Source: Felis catus
Lineage: Eukaryota
Direction of reading: 5' to 3'
Assembly: GCF_018350175.1 (NCBI RefSeq)
Contig: NC_058373.1
Coordinates: forward strand, 105,588,001-105,652,000
Length of the DNA: 64,000 nt
Positions 23,114 to 35,404 of the stretch are shown here, piece after piece. Every line of letters begins with the position of its first letter. The stretch's first letter is position 1. The position numbers and the translations under genes are program-made. The notes under the pieces are model-generated. The model saw only the letters and a program-made list of their open reading frames with translations, was not told the DNA's origin and made no database searches.

Positions 23114-23599
23114 CACTTCTGTAATATGAATCCATGCATCTCTGTTTTGTTTCCTAAGTTCTGTAATTCCTGCTGGCTTAGTTATTAGAATGTTGTACTT
23201 GCATTTATTAAAATGTTGTACTCTCTGACCTTTCCACTCTCACTCCTAAATCCTAAATTCACCACCTTTATTTTTCTCATTTTCTTCCGGAAGCCTCCTG
23301 TCTGCCTTCTCCTCTTACAACCTCTGGAGTCTTGTCTAAATTCATCTTGGCAAATGTTACTGGCTCAGTTGTTCATTCATTCATGTTAACTGGCCCAGCT
23401 GTGTAGGCCTCTTCTTGTTTTGATGTGAATTGGACCGTTTGCCTAAGTATGTTTTAGTTTTGCCATCACCAAGGTTGTATAAAATTCTATTTTTACAAGG
23501 ATGCAAAACTGGAAACTGAATCTCCTCAAATACCTAAATAGATTTTTCTGCACATTGCCCTATCTTTTAATTGTATCCATTAGTCTTTTGGCTTATTTA

Positions 23600-23644
23600 T
23601 CCATCCATCCATCCATCCATCCATCCATCCATCCACCCATCCAT
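23600..23644 (+). repeat. (CCAT)n microsatellite
   Basis: Tetranucleotide run with one interruption. Confidence 0.95.
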
Positions 23645-24439
23645 TTCTGTTTATCCCTCTGTCTTGCCTTTGGCTATCTTGTTGTACCTTTTCCACCTCT
23701 AATTGAAAAGTACATCATGGGCATTTAACTCCACTTCTCTTGCTATATTTTTTTCTCATGTATATCTTCATGCATAAATTCCAAATGTGTTTTTACTTTC
23801 CCACAACTGTTAAAACATCACAATGTCCTTTTACCTGAGCACAGATGGCTTACTTTCGTTGTCATTTTTGAAGAACTGAAACATTGACCTTGGACTGCTA
23901 AACAGAATTGCCACAAATTTATTTTCCTAGACCTAGTCTTTTTCTTTGAAATAGGCTTTACATAATCTAGTTATATTGATGATTTGAAGCTCTTCTGTTT
24001 CCTGGAATTTAAACGATTACAAATGACACTCTCTGAGTTCATCCCGATTCCATTAATAACCAGAGTTCCTACCTCACTATCTCTCTCTGGGGAGCTGCTC
24101 TCATCAATGCTGAGTGAATCCACATCATGACCCACCCCCCAGCCCCCACCCGCAGGCCTTCCTGCTGTCCTCCCTTCACTGACGTGGCTTAGATTTCCTT
24201 ATCTTCTGCTGAAGCCTTAATGGAAGGCAAAATGAACAGTCTTGGCTGTTCTGTCTGGCTTCTCTTCCTGGGCTGCCTTGCCCTTCTCGGTATCTCTCCT
24301 TCTTCCTCCTACCTCAGTTGTCAGCTTTATTCAGTTTCTCTCCTTTGGAGTTCCCATCTGCTGCTGACCCGATGCTTTCCAGATCCCTGTGGGAATGGGG
24401 AAGCAGGAATATTTAGCCCAACTAAACATTCATAGTCCT

Positions 24440-24686
24440 GGGGCGCCTGGGCAGCTCAGTCTGTTAAGTGTCCGGCTTTGGCTCAGGTCATGATGTCCAA
24501 CTTTGGCTCAGATCATGATCTCACAGTTCGTGACCTTGAGCCCTGCATCGGGCTATGTGCTGACGCTCAGAGCCTGGACCCTACTTCGGATTCTTTGCCT
24601 CTCTCTCTCTCTCTCTCTACCCCTCCCGCACTCACGCTGTTTCCCTGTCTCTCTCTAAAAAACAAATAAACATTAAACAAAATTTT
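24440..24686 (+). mobile_element. Can-SINE, first monomer of tandem pair, with 25-bp internal duplication
   Basis: Duplicated 24470-24494 / 24495-24519; left TSD taaacattcatagtcct 24423-24439. Confidence 0.93.
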
Positions 24687-24706
24687 AAATATTCCTCCAA
24701 ATCTTT

Positions 24707-24940
24707 GGGGCGCCTGGGTGGTTCAGTCGGTTAAGCATCAGACTTCGGCTCAGATCATGATCTCACAGTTTGTGGGTTTGAGCCCCACGTCAGGCTCTGT
24801 GCAGACAGCTCCGAGTCTGGACCCTATTTCAGATTCTGTGTCTCCCTCTCTCTGCCCCTCCCCCACTCACACTCTGTCTCTCTCTCTCTCTCTCTCTCTC
24901 TATCTCAAAAAAAAAAATTAAAATTTTTTAAAAAAAAATT
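24707..24940 (+). mobile_element. Can-SINE, second monomer of tandem pair
   Basis: Followed by taaacattcatagtcct 24941-24957. Confidence 0.93.
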
Positions 24941-27230
24941 TAAACATTCATAGTCCTTTCTACTGTTGTGCCTGAAGTTCTTCCTTTCCCACGCAGGTGT
25001 TCACCTCTTTGTTCAGAGCTTGCTTCGGGTATCACTCTCTTCCTCTGTGTTAGCTGGTATTGAGTGCTGCTCTGAGTCTTATATTAGCATATCTTCGGTA
25101 AATTGTTCAACTTTCTACCCTTACCAAATTAGGAGTCCAGTTCATGGCCTGACTTTCTTACATACGTAACAATCCGCACGGTGAGTTTACCCAGTATGCA
25201 CCTGTCCATTTCTAATTCTTTCCAGTGCAGTGGCCTATTTAGGGCTGTCAGGCTATTAGGGCTGTCTTTGCTTTGCCTTGAGATGAATGCAATCAACTTA
25301 TTTATTATCAAGTACAGCTAGTTTTTTCACTTTCTCTGTGTTTTGGAGTCATTAAAGTCTTTTTTTTTTAAGTTAGAAATGAGAGACTTGGAGATGACAA
25401 GATGCACCCCATGTCAAAAATATTTGAATAGAAATTCCACTCGAATAAACATATTTTGATTTTATATGATGGGTTAAGGGGGGGTGAATGACTTTTGTGG
25501 ATGTTAACTTGTAGAAGGTAATTTACTTTCTCGTTCATGGGAACATCTTTAAAAAGAGAATATTTTTCTCTCCTGTTTATTTCCAGCGAAACCAATATGA
25601 AGAGGCTTCTCTTCATAGTGTGATTTTATACGGACTAACCCACTGACACACTGGTAACTCATGTGGGACGGGTGTACAAAATTCTTTCACAAAAGAAAGG
25701 GAACTTTGCTATAAATGCGACACGTTGCTAGTTTACTACCCAGTTGAGAAAGGCCTGCAAAGAGCACTTCATCCTCTGTGGTCCCTGGAGATGGGGCATA
25801 TGCCTACGTGTAAAATTGGGAGGCCCGAGAGCGCATATTTCCTGAAAATTGAGAAGCAGCTTCAGTCTACTGTGTGGACAACAAAGCTGGAATCAATAGG
25901 CTGTTTTATTAATTTATTGTAGGTTGAGTTGCTTTTGCCTCTGGGCATTCCTGTGTTCAACTGGGGCTTTTTCCAAAAAAGCCAGAACTCCCTTAATCTC
26001 TTCTTTCCTCATTAAACTCACAGCTTTGGTTCGCCACACATCTTGCGGATCTTAGCTGTGTTCTCCTCTCCCCAGTTTTGTCTCAGCACCAGATGGCTTT
26101 TGACAAAGTCAGTCCACAGCTCCAAACTAAACAGTTTAACATTACTGAAAGCCCGGCCTACTGAGGAAATAACCCTTGTGTGTTCCTGTAGGTCCTGGAG
26201 CCGTGAGTGGGAACGGGGTAGGGCAGGCAGCACAGTGAGGGACAACAAACCCGTGAAAGAGGGGAAGAAAATAGGTGGGTGTGGGGGCAGAGGGGGTTCA
26301 AACGGACAAGATGGAGTGGAGTCTGAGCAATATTCTCCAAGTCCAAGAAAAACACTTTGATCACATTAATTTCTTTCTGAGGATAAGGAACTTTCACCTG
26401 GATTTAGAAGAAATAAGGATCCAAAGTCTGGTTTCAATTACCATGTTTTAGAATACACAAGGAGTGTTTTCCATATTGTTTCCATAGCTTACATTTGATG
26501 TTTAGGATATAACCATATCATATATGCTCAGACGTGGGAATGTGAATGTCGAAATCCTCTGGGCTGGGGTGGGGGTGGTTGCTGTTTGCCTGACTAGGGT
26601 TCTGTGTTCCAGACCTCACCCAACTATGTGCTAGTTTTGGCTTGTAACCTCCTTTAAGGCAAGGCTGATGAACATCTAACATTAAGGAAAAGGGAGGGAG
26701 GGACAAATGGAAGGAGCCAGATAGCTCCTACTCCCATGTCGTTTCATTTAACTCTGTAAGACCTGGAGAATGAGAAGCAAGCTTCAAACCTTCCCACTAA
26801 GATCCACAACAAATTGTGGACCCTGAGCCAAGATGATTCGAATGATGGCTAGAAACCAAGAAGGCCAGATGCATCTTTTCCTGGTCTTGTAATGAAGAGA
26901 CAAATGATACATCCGTCCATAGTATGATTTCATGAACTAGAGGAATACTTGGCTTAAGTAAATAAGAGGTTCACAAAAGCCAGAAGCAGAGAAAGCAGCA
27001 GAGAAAAGCAATTTTAGTTTTTACATCCACTGATGAATTCGAAGTTGAAAGGAAAACCTGTCATCATAATTACTTTCAGTAAAGTTGTGGTAATTAACTA
27101 GGCTACATTCCTAGCAAGCTGAGGAATGAGGACTCAAGACTGAGTTACATTGTTGCTCTTTTACAGGTATGGAAACTGATAAGCAAAAGGAGTTGGCTTC
27201 CCCAAAGTTACCTTTAAAAGCTCAAGCCTT

Positions 27231-27373
27231 GGGGTGCCTGGCTGGCTCAGTCGATAGAGTATGTGACTCTTGATCTCAGGGCTGTGAATTTGAGCCCCAT
27301 GTTGGGGGAAAGATTACTTAAAAAAAACTGTGCAAAAGTAATAACAATAAGTAAATATTTAAAAAACTTAAAA
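27231..27373 (+). mobile_element. Short old Can-SINE lacking the CT-rich segment
   Basis: tRNA-like head runs directly into A-rich tail; perfect TSD taaaagctcaagcct. Confidence 0.9.
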
Positions 27374-27399
27374 TAAAAGCTCAAGCCTCAAACAATGCA

Positions 27400-27910
27400 C
27401 ATGTCATTCAGCTTAGGCAGTGCCCTCTCACGCTTAGAAACCTGCAGTGGCTCACTTCTCTCCTGGACTGCATTGGCCTAACAACATCTGGATCTAACCC
27501 ATTTCACTAACTGGATTTCCCACTTTGACTTTCTTTCTCTCCATCTTCTATGTATCTAAGCCACATTGGTTTACTCACTCTTCTCCCAGGGTACTAGGAA
27601 TTCTCTAGACACCGGATTCTGCTCTTGTTTGCTCCCTGGAATTGGAATGTCCCATCCCCATCTCAAACGTGGAAGTTTACCTTCCATTTGGGAACCGGAT
27701 TAAATGTCATGGCTTCCACCAAGCTTTCTCTAGTTGGCCCATTTAAGTCTAAAGCCTAGTACAGTGAGTAAGAGTACAGGCTCCAGCTGCCAGACACAGG
27801 GTCAAGTTCTTTCTTCCTTACTGAGTGGGTGACCCTGGCAAGGTATTTAATCTCAATCTGAGCTTCTCAGTCCATCATCTGTAAAAAGGACAATATATTT
27901 AGAACCAACA
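27400..27910 (+). mobile_element. L2 fragment followed by MIR
   Basis: gcttagaaacctgcagtggctc...ctggaattggaatgtcc (L2); gtgaccctggcaaggtatttaatctc...catctgtaaaaagg (MIR). Confidence 0.6.
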
Positions 27911-27935
27911 AATAGTATTAATAAAACTGAGATGA

Positions 27936-28154
27936 GGGGCGCCTGTGTGGCTCAGTTGGTGAAGTGCCAACTTTGGCTCAGGTCATGATCTCGTGGTTTG
28001 TGAGTTCAGGCCCCGCGTCGGGCTCTGTGCTGACAGCTCGGAGCCTGGAGCCTGCTTCAGATTCTGTGTCTGCCTCTCTCTCTGCCCCTCCCATGCTCAT
28101 GCTCTGTCTCTCTCTGTTTCTCAATAATAAATAAACGTTAAAAAAAAATTAAAA
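27936..28154 (+). mobile_element. Can-SINE
   Basis: TSD aaaactgagatga. Confidence 0.96.
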
Positions 28155-28567
28155 AAAACTGAGATGAACTGAACAAGTATCATTTCACGAGTTTAAATTC
28201 CAACAATAAGAAGGAACATCAAATCATGAATGAAATTAGGCATTTATCTTTTTAGACTCTTCCAAAGAAAAATTTTAGACCTCTGAGAATAATTTCACAA
28301 CAATTCCATGTAGTGCTGTTTATTCGTACATTGATTTGACAACCATTTATTTAGCAGCTAATATATACCAGAGATAGTGCTGGGCACTGGGGATGTAGCA
28401 ATAAATGTCTAGCTTGTTCTTTCATGGGGTTTCTAGTTCAGTGAGGAGCACATACACTGAATAAAGTTCCAGCTATGTAAGAAAAGTGCAGGGTATTTGA
28501 GAATAACGAAAGGAGGAGCTATCTTGGGTTTTGGTTATGAAAATAATCTCACTGGCCTTTCTGCCTC

Positions 28568-28569
<2 letters not shown>

Positions 28570-28612
<43 letters not shown>
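28570..28612 (+). repeat. (TTA)n microsatellite
   Basis: Pure trinucleotide run; explains poly-Leu ORF. Confidence 0.97.
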
Positions 28613-28613
<1 letters not shown>

Positions 28614-28950
28614 TTGGGGCTACCCTGAAGCCAGGGTGATCCTTCTCAAGGTAAATCTACCTAGTAACACCTCGCCCGCCTCCAAATCCTTCTATGGTTC
28701 CCTAATACTTTTGCAAAGCTGTCTTTGAACAAGATCCATCACAGAATTGTATTCTGCTTTTCTCAGACAAGCCATCTTTCCTGTTTTTCCTCTGGTGGAC
28801 CTGACTGGCAGAGGAGAAAAACTTCCTGCTCTTGGGGGCTGGAGGTATATAGCCAGCCCTAACCATTCTACTACAAGTTCTACATTTCATGCAGCTCCTT
28901 GGACAGTTATGCAAATATTATAGTCCACTCCACAATATCTGAGGTTTTTT

Positions 28951-29210
28951 TTTAATTTTTTTTATTTTTTTATTTTTTTATTTTTTATTTTTTTAAATTT
29001 TTTTTTTCAACGTTTATTTACTTTTGGGACAGAGAGAGACAGAGCATGAACGGGGGAGGGGCAGAGAGAGGGGGAGACACAGAATCGGAAACAGACTCCA
29101 GGCTCCGAGCCATCAGCCCAGAGCCTGACGCGGGGCTCGAACTCACGGACCGTGAGATCCTGACCTGGCTGAAGTCGGACGCTTAACCGACTGCGCCACC
29201 CAGGCGCCCC
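28951..29210 (-). mobile_element. Young SINEC_Fc-type SINE with long patterned tail
   Basis: TSD ctgaggtttttt; tail of repeated T6-8A units. Confidence 0.97.
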
Positions 29211-29399
29211 CTGAGGTTTTTTGTAATAGGGAAATAACGATGCAAGTTATCATACCTATTGTTGAGTGAACTATGCTTCTGACGCCTGGAAGATCTTGGC
29301 ACATGCTCCCAAGACCCCAGGGTGAGAGAAAGGGAGACTTTACAGGATAAAGGGAGAACCCGTTTAAGCATGAAATAGGAGGGACTTCACGAACAGATC

Positions 29400-30070
29400 T
29401 CTGCCAACGTTTCCCTGCTCATCTCCCCTTCTCCCCACACCAACAAGTCACATGCAGTCCACCTGACTCAGCTGAATTCTCCCTGCATAGCTCCTCTCCA
29501 TGAATTCACGTGAGTTGTGCTGCCTGAATGCCCTTCCTCCCCTTTTCTGCATGACAAATTCCAACCTACCCTAAAGACTCAGACTCCCAGGGGAGAGAAG
29601 AAACTTTCCCCAGCATCCTCAGGCAGAGTTAAATACTCCTTCCCTGCGATCCTGTCCTGTCGCGCCTTCTTCACGTCTACAGTTATCACACTTAGCACGC
29701 AGCCCTAATGATTTGTTTACATAATCACCTTCTCTATTGAAAAGGAAGCCTTGGGAATCCAGGGAATTTTTGTCTTCGTGTCTCTAGTTTCTAGCCAGCC
29801 CCTGGGTACGTAGGAGCAATAATACCTGGGATTTATTGAGCCCTTAGCTTCCAGACATTGCTTTATGTAAGTTCTAAGTTAAGCAAAGTAAGGAAAAATA
29901 TAATGTAATCTTCACAGAAATGCTCTCCTGTATCACTTCCATTTTATATGTGAGAAGACCGAGGCACAGAAGGAAAAGTAGCTTGTGTAAGATCACATAA
30001 TAAGAGCTGCAGCTGGGATTAGAACCCAGGTAGTCTGACTCTAGGGGTCATACTCTTAATGTCTCTACTG
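29400..30070. mobile_element. L2 3' fragment (+) and MIR (-)
   Basis: gcctgaatgcccttcctcccc...ccagcatcctcaggcagagtta (L2); attttatatgtgagaagaccgaggcacaga...agaacccaggtagtctgactct (MIR). Confidence 0.7.
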
Positions 30071-30854
30071 CATGCGATAATTATTTGATGAGTGAATGAA
30101 AGAACGAGAATCAAGTGTATCATTTGTAACCCACTCTAGAAATACTAGATAACTGTTTTCCATCCCAGAACAGAGTTTGACGTTTAATTATTAAAGAAGG
30201 TACCCTTGCATATGGACTCTTCTCATTTGTACACTGGCGGGGGAACCCGCCCCATCCTGCCGACAAAGAAAGGCTTTGACAGGAAAATGGGGGTGAGCTG
30301 TAGGGCTCTGGGGGTACCAGCCTGAGCCAATTGACTCTGGTTCAGGGGAACCTCTGAGTTCCCCTGAGGGGCTAAGGAAGGCATGTTTTCCCAATAGTCT
30401 GGAATAGCCTCTCCAGGAATCCATGAACCTGGGCGGCCCCTGATATAAACTTGGCTCACGAGACCCTTGAAATCAGATCTGTACCTTTGACTGGAATTCA
30501 CCTTGACCCAACAAGCCCACTGTCCTGAGATGAGTGATCACAGACAAGCCAGTTCCTACTTGGGGTTCCTTTCTGTGACTCACGGGGGTGCTGGGCAGCC
30601 CCTGTGGGAAGAGTGCCCTAGGGCAGTGTCTGCAGGTGTGTCCCACACCTACTCCCTCTGAAAAAGAGCAGAATGCTACAGGAATGTGGTAAGGTGTGAG
30701 AGCTCATTGTGGCCCTCTGTAATTGTGGTCACCAATGTCAGCGGAGCAAAGCAACGGTGCGGGCTCCCGAAAAGTATTTCTATCTGACTCTAGGATATGT
30801 GAGATTTTGATTAAGAGAAGAAAAAAGGATACTCTGAATCACTGTCGGTAGAGG

Positions 30855-31290
30855 GTAAATTGACATTTTCTGGAAAACATTTTGAAGCCATGTATCAAAA
30901 GCCTTAAAAACTTACATATCCCTGGATCTGGCAAGATCACCTCCAGGAATCAATCTCAGCCAAATCACAAGGATGTGACGATTTACATTCAAGGATGGTC
31001 AGTAAAGTATTTGTGCAGGCAACTCAAGGTTCAACAACAGAGAATTTGGCTGAAGAAATTGTGATTTAATCCTATAAGACGGACCATACAACTATTGAAA
31101 TAACAGCACAGGTGAATATTATTGCTGTGTAAAGGTGTTCACCATATAGGAGATTTATAAAAACAATAGGTATATCATAATCCATTTTTCTTGAGAAAAG
31201 GAAAAATAGAAAAGTTCTGGAAGCATACACACTAAATGCTATCTCTGTGGAATGGGATTATAAGTGTTTTAAATTTTCTTTTGGTTTATT
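30855..31290 (+). mobile_element. Old L1 3' fragment (L1ME-like)
   Basis: ttttctggaaaacattttgaagccatgtatcaaaagccttaaaa...ttctggaagcatacacactaaatg. Confidence 0.6.
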
Positions 31291-31308
31291 CGTTTTTTCC
31301 AGTTTTCT

Positions 31309-31536
31309 TTTTTTTTTATTTTTTTATTTTTTTCAACGTTTATTTATTTTTGGGACAGAGAGAGACAGAGCATGAACGGGGGAGGGGCAGAGAGAGAGGG
31401 AGACACAGAATCGGAAACAGGCTCCAGGCTCCGAGCCATCAGCCCAGAGCCCGACGCGGGGCTCAAACTCCCGGACCGCGAGATCGTGACCTGGCTGAAG
31501 TCGGACGCTTAACCGACTGCGCCACCCAGGCGCCCC
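31309..31536 (-). mobile_element. Young SINEC_Fc-type SINE (left arm of inverted pair)
   Basis: TSD tcgt(t/c)ttttccagttttct. Confidence 0.97.
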
Positions 31537-31631
31537 TCGTCTTTTCCAGTTTTCTACAATGTAATTTTTGTTATCTTAAATTTCAAAACTAAAAAAAAGA
31601 AATAACCGCCCCCCTCAAAAAACCCAAAGTA

Positions 31632-31864
31632 GGGGTGCCTGGGTGGCGCAGTCGGTTAAGCGTCCGACTTCAGCCAGGTCACGATCTCGCGGTCCGGGAG
31701 TTTGAGCCCCGCGTCGGGCTCTGGGCTGATGGCTCGGAGCCTGGAGCCTGTTTCCGATTCTGTGTCTCCCTCTCTCTCTGCCCCTCCCCCGTTCATGCTC
31801 TGTCTCTCTCTGTCCCAAAAATAAATAAACGTTGAAAAAAAAAATTAAAAAAACAAAACAAAAC
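31632..31864 (+). mobile_element. Young SINEC_Fc-type SINE (right arm of inverted pair)
   Basis: TSD aaaacccaaagta. Confidence 0.97.
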
Positions 31865-33753
31865 AAAACCCAAAGTAGACGTCACTAGGCTCTGTCATAT
31901 GCACCCCATGATCAATTGCTTTGGCACTGCTTATTCTGCTCTTGTGTGGGTTTGTGTGAGTGTCTGTCATTAGCAGGGAGAGAAGCCCTGCAACCTGGGG
32001 CTGGAAGGCCTTCATGGGACCACGAACAGACACTTGTTCTGCTCTCTAGGATATGAAATGAGGCGTTGCAAGACTGTAGAGATTATTCAAAACCTTGCTT
32101 TAGTGGGTTGGAACTTTGCCACACGCTACTGCCTGAGGCAGTTTTCTTTTTCGAGTGCCATACTTTTATTTAATGTTGGGGAAACAAAATCCTTATTCTT
32201 CTAAAACTGCCCAGGGCTGGCCCGTATTGGCTTAACAAAATCCGACAACAAGATGCATTCTTTGGTCCTTCAGTATCATCGGTTACAAAAGGCATTCTAA
32301 AATCTGCATTGTGAGTCCAGTAGGGGAAAATACACACAGTGCGTGGCAAGTCAGGAAAAGAGACAAGCTCTCAAGCGAAGGAAGAAGTATGTAAGACAGT
32401 GGCGTTCCAGAAACTCCTGGAATGGCCAAAGGCCAATAGCAGCATGTCTTTAAAAAGCAAAAAGCTTTCTCAATCTGGAATCAAAAAGTTTGTTCCAACC
32501 TGTGCGTATCAAATCACAAGCCATACATCACACGTAAGAGTCTCCCTAGCTGATAACTATTAACCCCAAAGCAATTATTTCTGTTGCTGCTTACTCTCTC
32601 TTCTGCCCATCAAGTTTTCAAAGTAGCCGAGAGTTTCCCTTGCAATTGGGCCAAAGCACGAGAATGCTTTTATTTGGGGCACAGAACTAACAAGGGATAT
32701 TAGCTGCAAAATCCCAGAGAAATTACTTGGGTCTATTATGTCATGTTGGAGTCGGGAGGGAATAGACACGGCCCCCTGGAAACGGAAGACAAAGGGCTAT
32801 CAGTGGGCACTAGAGGACCGTATAATTTTGAAAATGGACTTCCTTTTCATTCTTCTTAAGCCTACCACAGCACGAGTCATGAATGGAAATTGCTTGCTGA
32901 TGAATGAGAGCGTTCCCTGAAGGACATTTGGTTTCCAGCTCACATGAAACTTTTAAAAGCTATGCATTTATTATTTCAGCAGGATGATGAATATAGGTTC
33001 TCTGTTCTTGCAACAGGTTTAAAAACATCACGATCTTGAGGTGCTCCAGGAACCATCTGAGGTGGTCACCCAAGATAAGCCAGTCCTTTGGGTTTCCTTC
33101 AAGAAATAGAATTAAATGATTTGGCTGCGTACTTTGTTTCCACCGGAGATGTGTTTGTGTGTTCAGACTTATAAAGAAACGCACTCCATGGGTTCTACGG
33201 CAAGGTAGCTACCACAGAGTGCACACGTACCCCCATTTGTGATTTTAGTGTGAGTTTAGAGCTTCTAGAGAATCCCACTGGGCTTCTGAGAGTAGGGCAA
33301 AATATAAGAAAACAGCCCCGTGATCCGCATTTCAGCCTCAGCCTGAAATCTGACTGCCAAGGTGTTGAGGGGACAGCTGTGGCCCTACTCCTGCCATAAG
33401 CCCAATTGCAGATTATCTCTGTCCAGCGTGTTTTGTATCCCTTAGGAACATATCATACCCCAGACACACCTAGTTTGTGGAGCAAAGCATAGAAGGAAAA
33501 ACGTTTCAAATGTCCCTGAGGCATATCCTAGTTCATGAGTTAAGTGTTAACCAGTTGAATTAAATTAAAGAACTTAAGTTTTAGCCAAAGACCCAAGTTA
33601 GGGAAGCTTAGTCAAGCAGCATTTCACCACAGTGAAAAGGGCTGGGTTTGTATGAGGAATCTCCCTCACAGGTCTTACTGGCTGTCACCTAAAAGCTGGC
33701 CTGACCAGCTTCCTTGTCATCTCAGCAATTGGATATGGGATGAATGCAGGGAC

Positions 33754-33769
33754 CAGCTGCCATAGCAAC
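33754..33769. promoter_or_regulatory. Candidate RFX X-box overlapping an E-box
   Basis: GCTGCCATAGCAAC (33756-33769) is one base from the X-box GTTGCCATAGCAAC; CAGCTG at 33754-33759; lies in a 2-kb repeat-poor stretch. Confidence 0.3.
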
Positions 33770-34017
33770 AGCATCTTCCAGTAAAGGTGATGAGAGAAAT
33801 AATTTCTCTCTGAATGCTAATAGGTTGTCGCTTTCATTTTAAACCAGCTGTTTCCCACTGTTTTCCTGATTGCCACGAAGCCAGAGAGATTATTTACAGA
33901 TTAAGGGCTGCTACTTGATCCGATCATCTATGTCCTTAAATTTATGCTGTATCATCAGGAGAAGAAAAAAAATTTTTAAGCAAATGTTAAAGGTTGTGTT
34001 TAAGAAATGTAAGGTCC

Positions 34018-34223
34018 GGGGGGCACCTGGGTGGCTCAGTCAGTTAAGCATCCGACCCTTGATTTCAGCTCAGGTCATGATCTCACAGTTTGTGAGTTTG
34101 AACCCCGAGTTGGGCTCTTTGCTGATGGTGCAGAACCTGCTTAGGATTCTCTCCCTCTCCTCCTCTCTCTGCCCGCATTCGTGCATGCTCTCTCTGTCAA
34201 AATAAATAAATTAAAAAAAAAAA
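34018..34223 (+). mobile_element. Can-SINE
   Basis: TSD aagaaat(g/t)taaggtc. Confidence 0.95.
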
Positions 34224-34648
34224 AAGAAATTTAAGGTCTGTGACTTTTACTCCAGAGAAGTAAGATTTTTCTGTAGTACCTAGAAAGTCATTCTGTGAGC
34301 AGAAATCATCTAGTGTTGAAAGCCAGCCGTTGTCTGCAAATTACCTGTCCTGCAGAGCCTGGCTTCATCGGTCGCCTGTACTGAGCTTGGGGGCGCAGGA
34401 TGTGAGAGGTGGCTCTCTCGTTAAAAGGCAGTGTGAGGTGGTGAAGGAGATCATTCTTAAAAATATCTACACATGAGACTGTATTTTTAAATGTTAGAAG
34501 TCACTTGGAACAAAAGATTTCAGTTTTTCTTATCATTTGCTTCAAAACACAAAGTTAAAGACTCCTTTCACAGACACAAGGATTATATGGTTTCTCCCAC
34601 TTTATGACCTTTTGAGTAATTGTGTGAAGGGATAAGGAGTTCATTTTA

Positions 34649-34886
34649 TTTTATTTTATTATTTTAAAAAAACAATTTTTTTTCAACGTTTATTTATCTT
34701 TGGGACAGAGAGAGACAGAGCATGAACGGGGGAGGGGCAGAGAGAGAGGGAGACACAGAATCGGAAACAGGCTCCAGGCTCTGAGCCATCAGCCCAGAGC
34801 CCGATGCGGGGCTCGAACTCACGGACCGCGAGATCGTGACCTGGCTGAAGTCGGACGCTTAACCGATTGCGCCACCCAGGCGCCCC
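34649..34886 (-). mobile_element. Young SINEC_Fc-type SINE
   Basis: Perfect TSD aaggagttcatttta. Confidence 0.97.
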
Positions 34887-34942
34887 AAGGAGTTCATTTT
34901 AACGTGGGCTATCCTTTCATTTCTTAGAGAGTAGAAATTCTT

Positions 34943-35149
34943 TTTTTTTTTAAGTTTATTTATTTATTTGTTTTGAGAGAGAGTGCATATGAGCAGGGGA
35001 GGGGCAGAGAGAGAGGAAGAGAGAGAATCCCAAGCTGACTCTGCACCAGCAGCCCAAAGCTCGGGGCTCCACCCCACCAACTGTGAGATCATGACCTGAG
35101 CTGAAACCAAGAGTTGGCTGCTCAACCAACTGAGCCACCCAGGTGCCCC
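34943..35149 (-). mobile_element. Can-SINE
   Basis: Perfect TSD gagagtagaaattctt. Confidence 0.95.
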
Positions 35150-35189
35150 GAGAGTAGAAATTCTTATTGGAAAAGCATGGGATGAGTTA

Positions 35190-35400
35190 TACATGAGTCC
35201 AGTTCTCTGGATTAACTGGGCTGAGCGCTAGGTCTGTCATATAACTCAGTAAGTCTCAGTTTCTTTATGGGAAAAATATGGAAAACAACAGTCCTCCTTA
35301 TATTAAAGAGTGTTGATGAAATTGAATGAGATAATGCATGGGACTTGCTTGGCACAGTGCCTGGCATTTTTGAATGCAAAAAAAGTTAGACGTTATTATG
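35190..35400 (+). mobile_element. MIR
   Basis: tctcagtttcttta...aattgaatgagataatgcatg...gcttggcacagtgcctggca. Confidence 0.75.
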
Positions 35401-35404
35401 TCTA

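Noticed and set aside
22620..23135. Longest ORF (171 aa) and overlapping ORFs
   Set aside because: Spans the solo LTR, its flank and a (CA)n repeat; no recognisable domain.
25596..25617. Perfect 9-bp hairpin tatgaagag-gctt-ctcttcata
   Set aside because: A stem of this length is expected by chance in 64 kb; too short for a pre-miRNA.
27231..27310. Possible tRNA gene
   Set aside because: tRNA-derived SINE head with A tail and TSD, too diverged for a cloverleaf.
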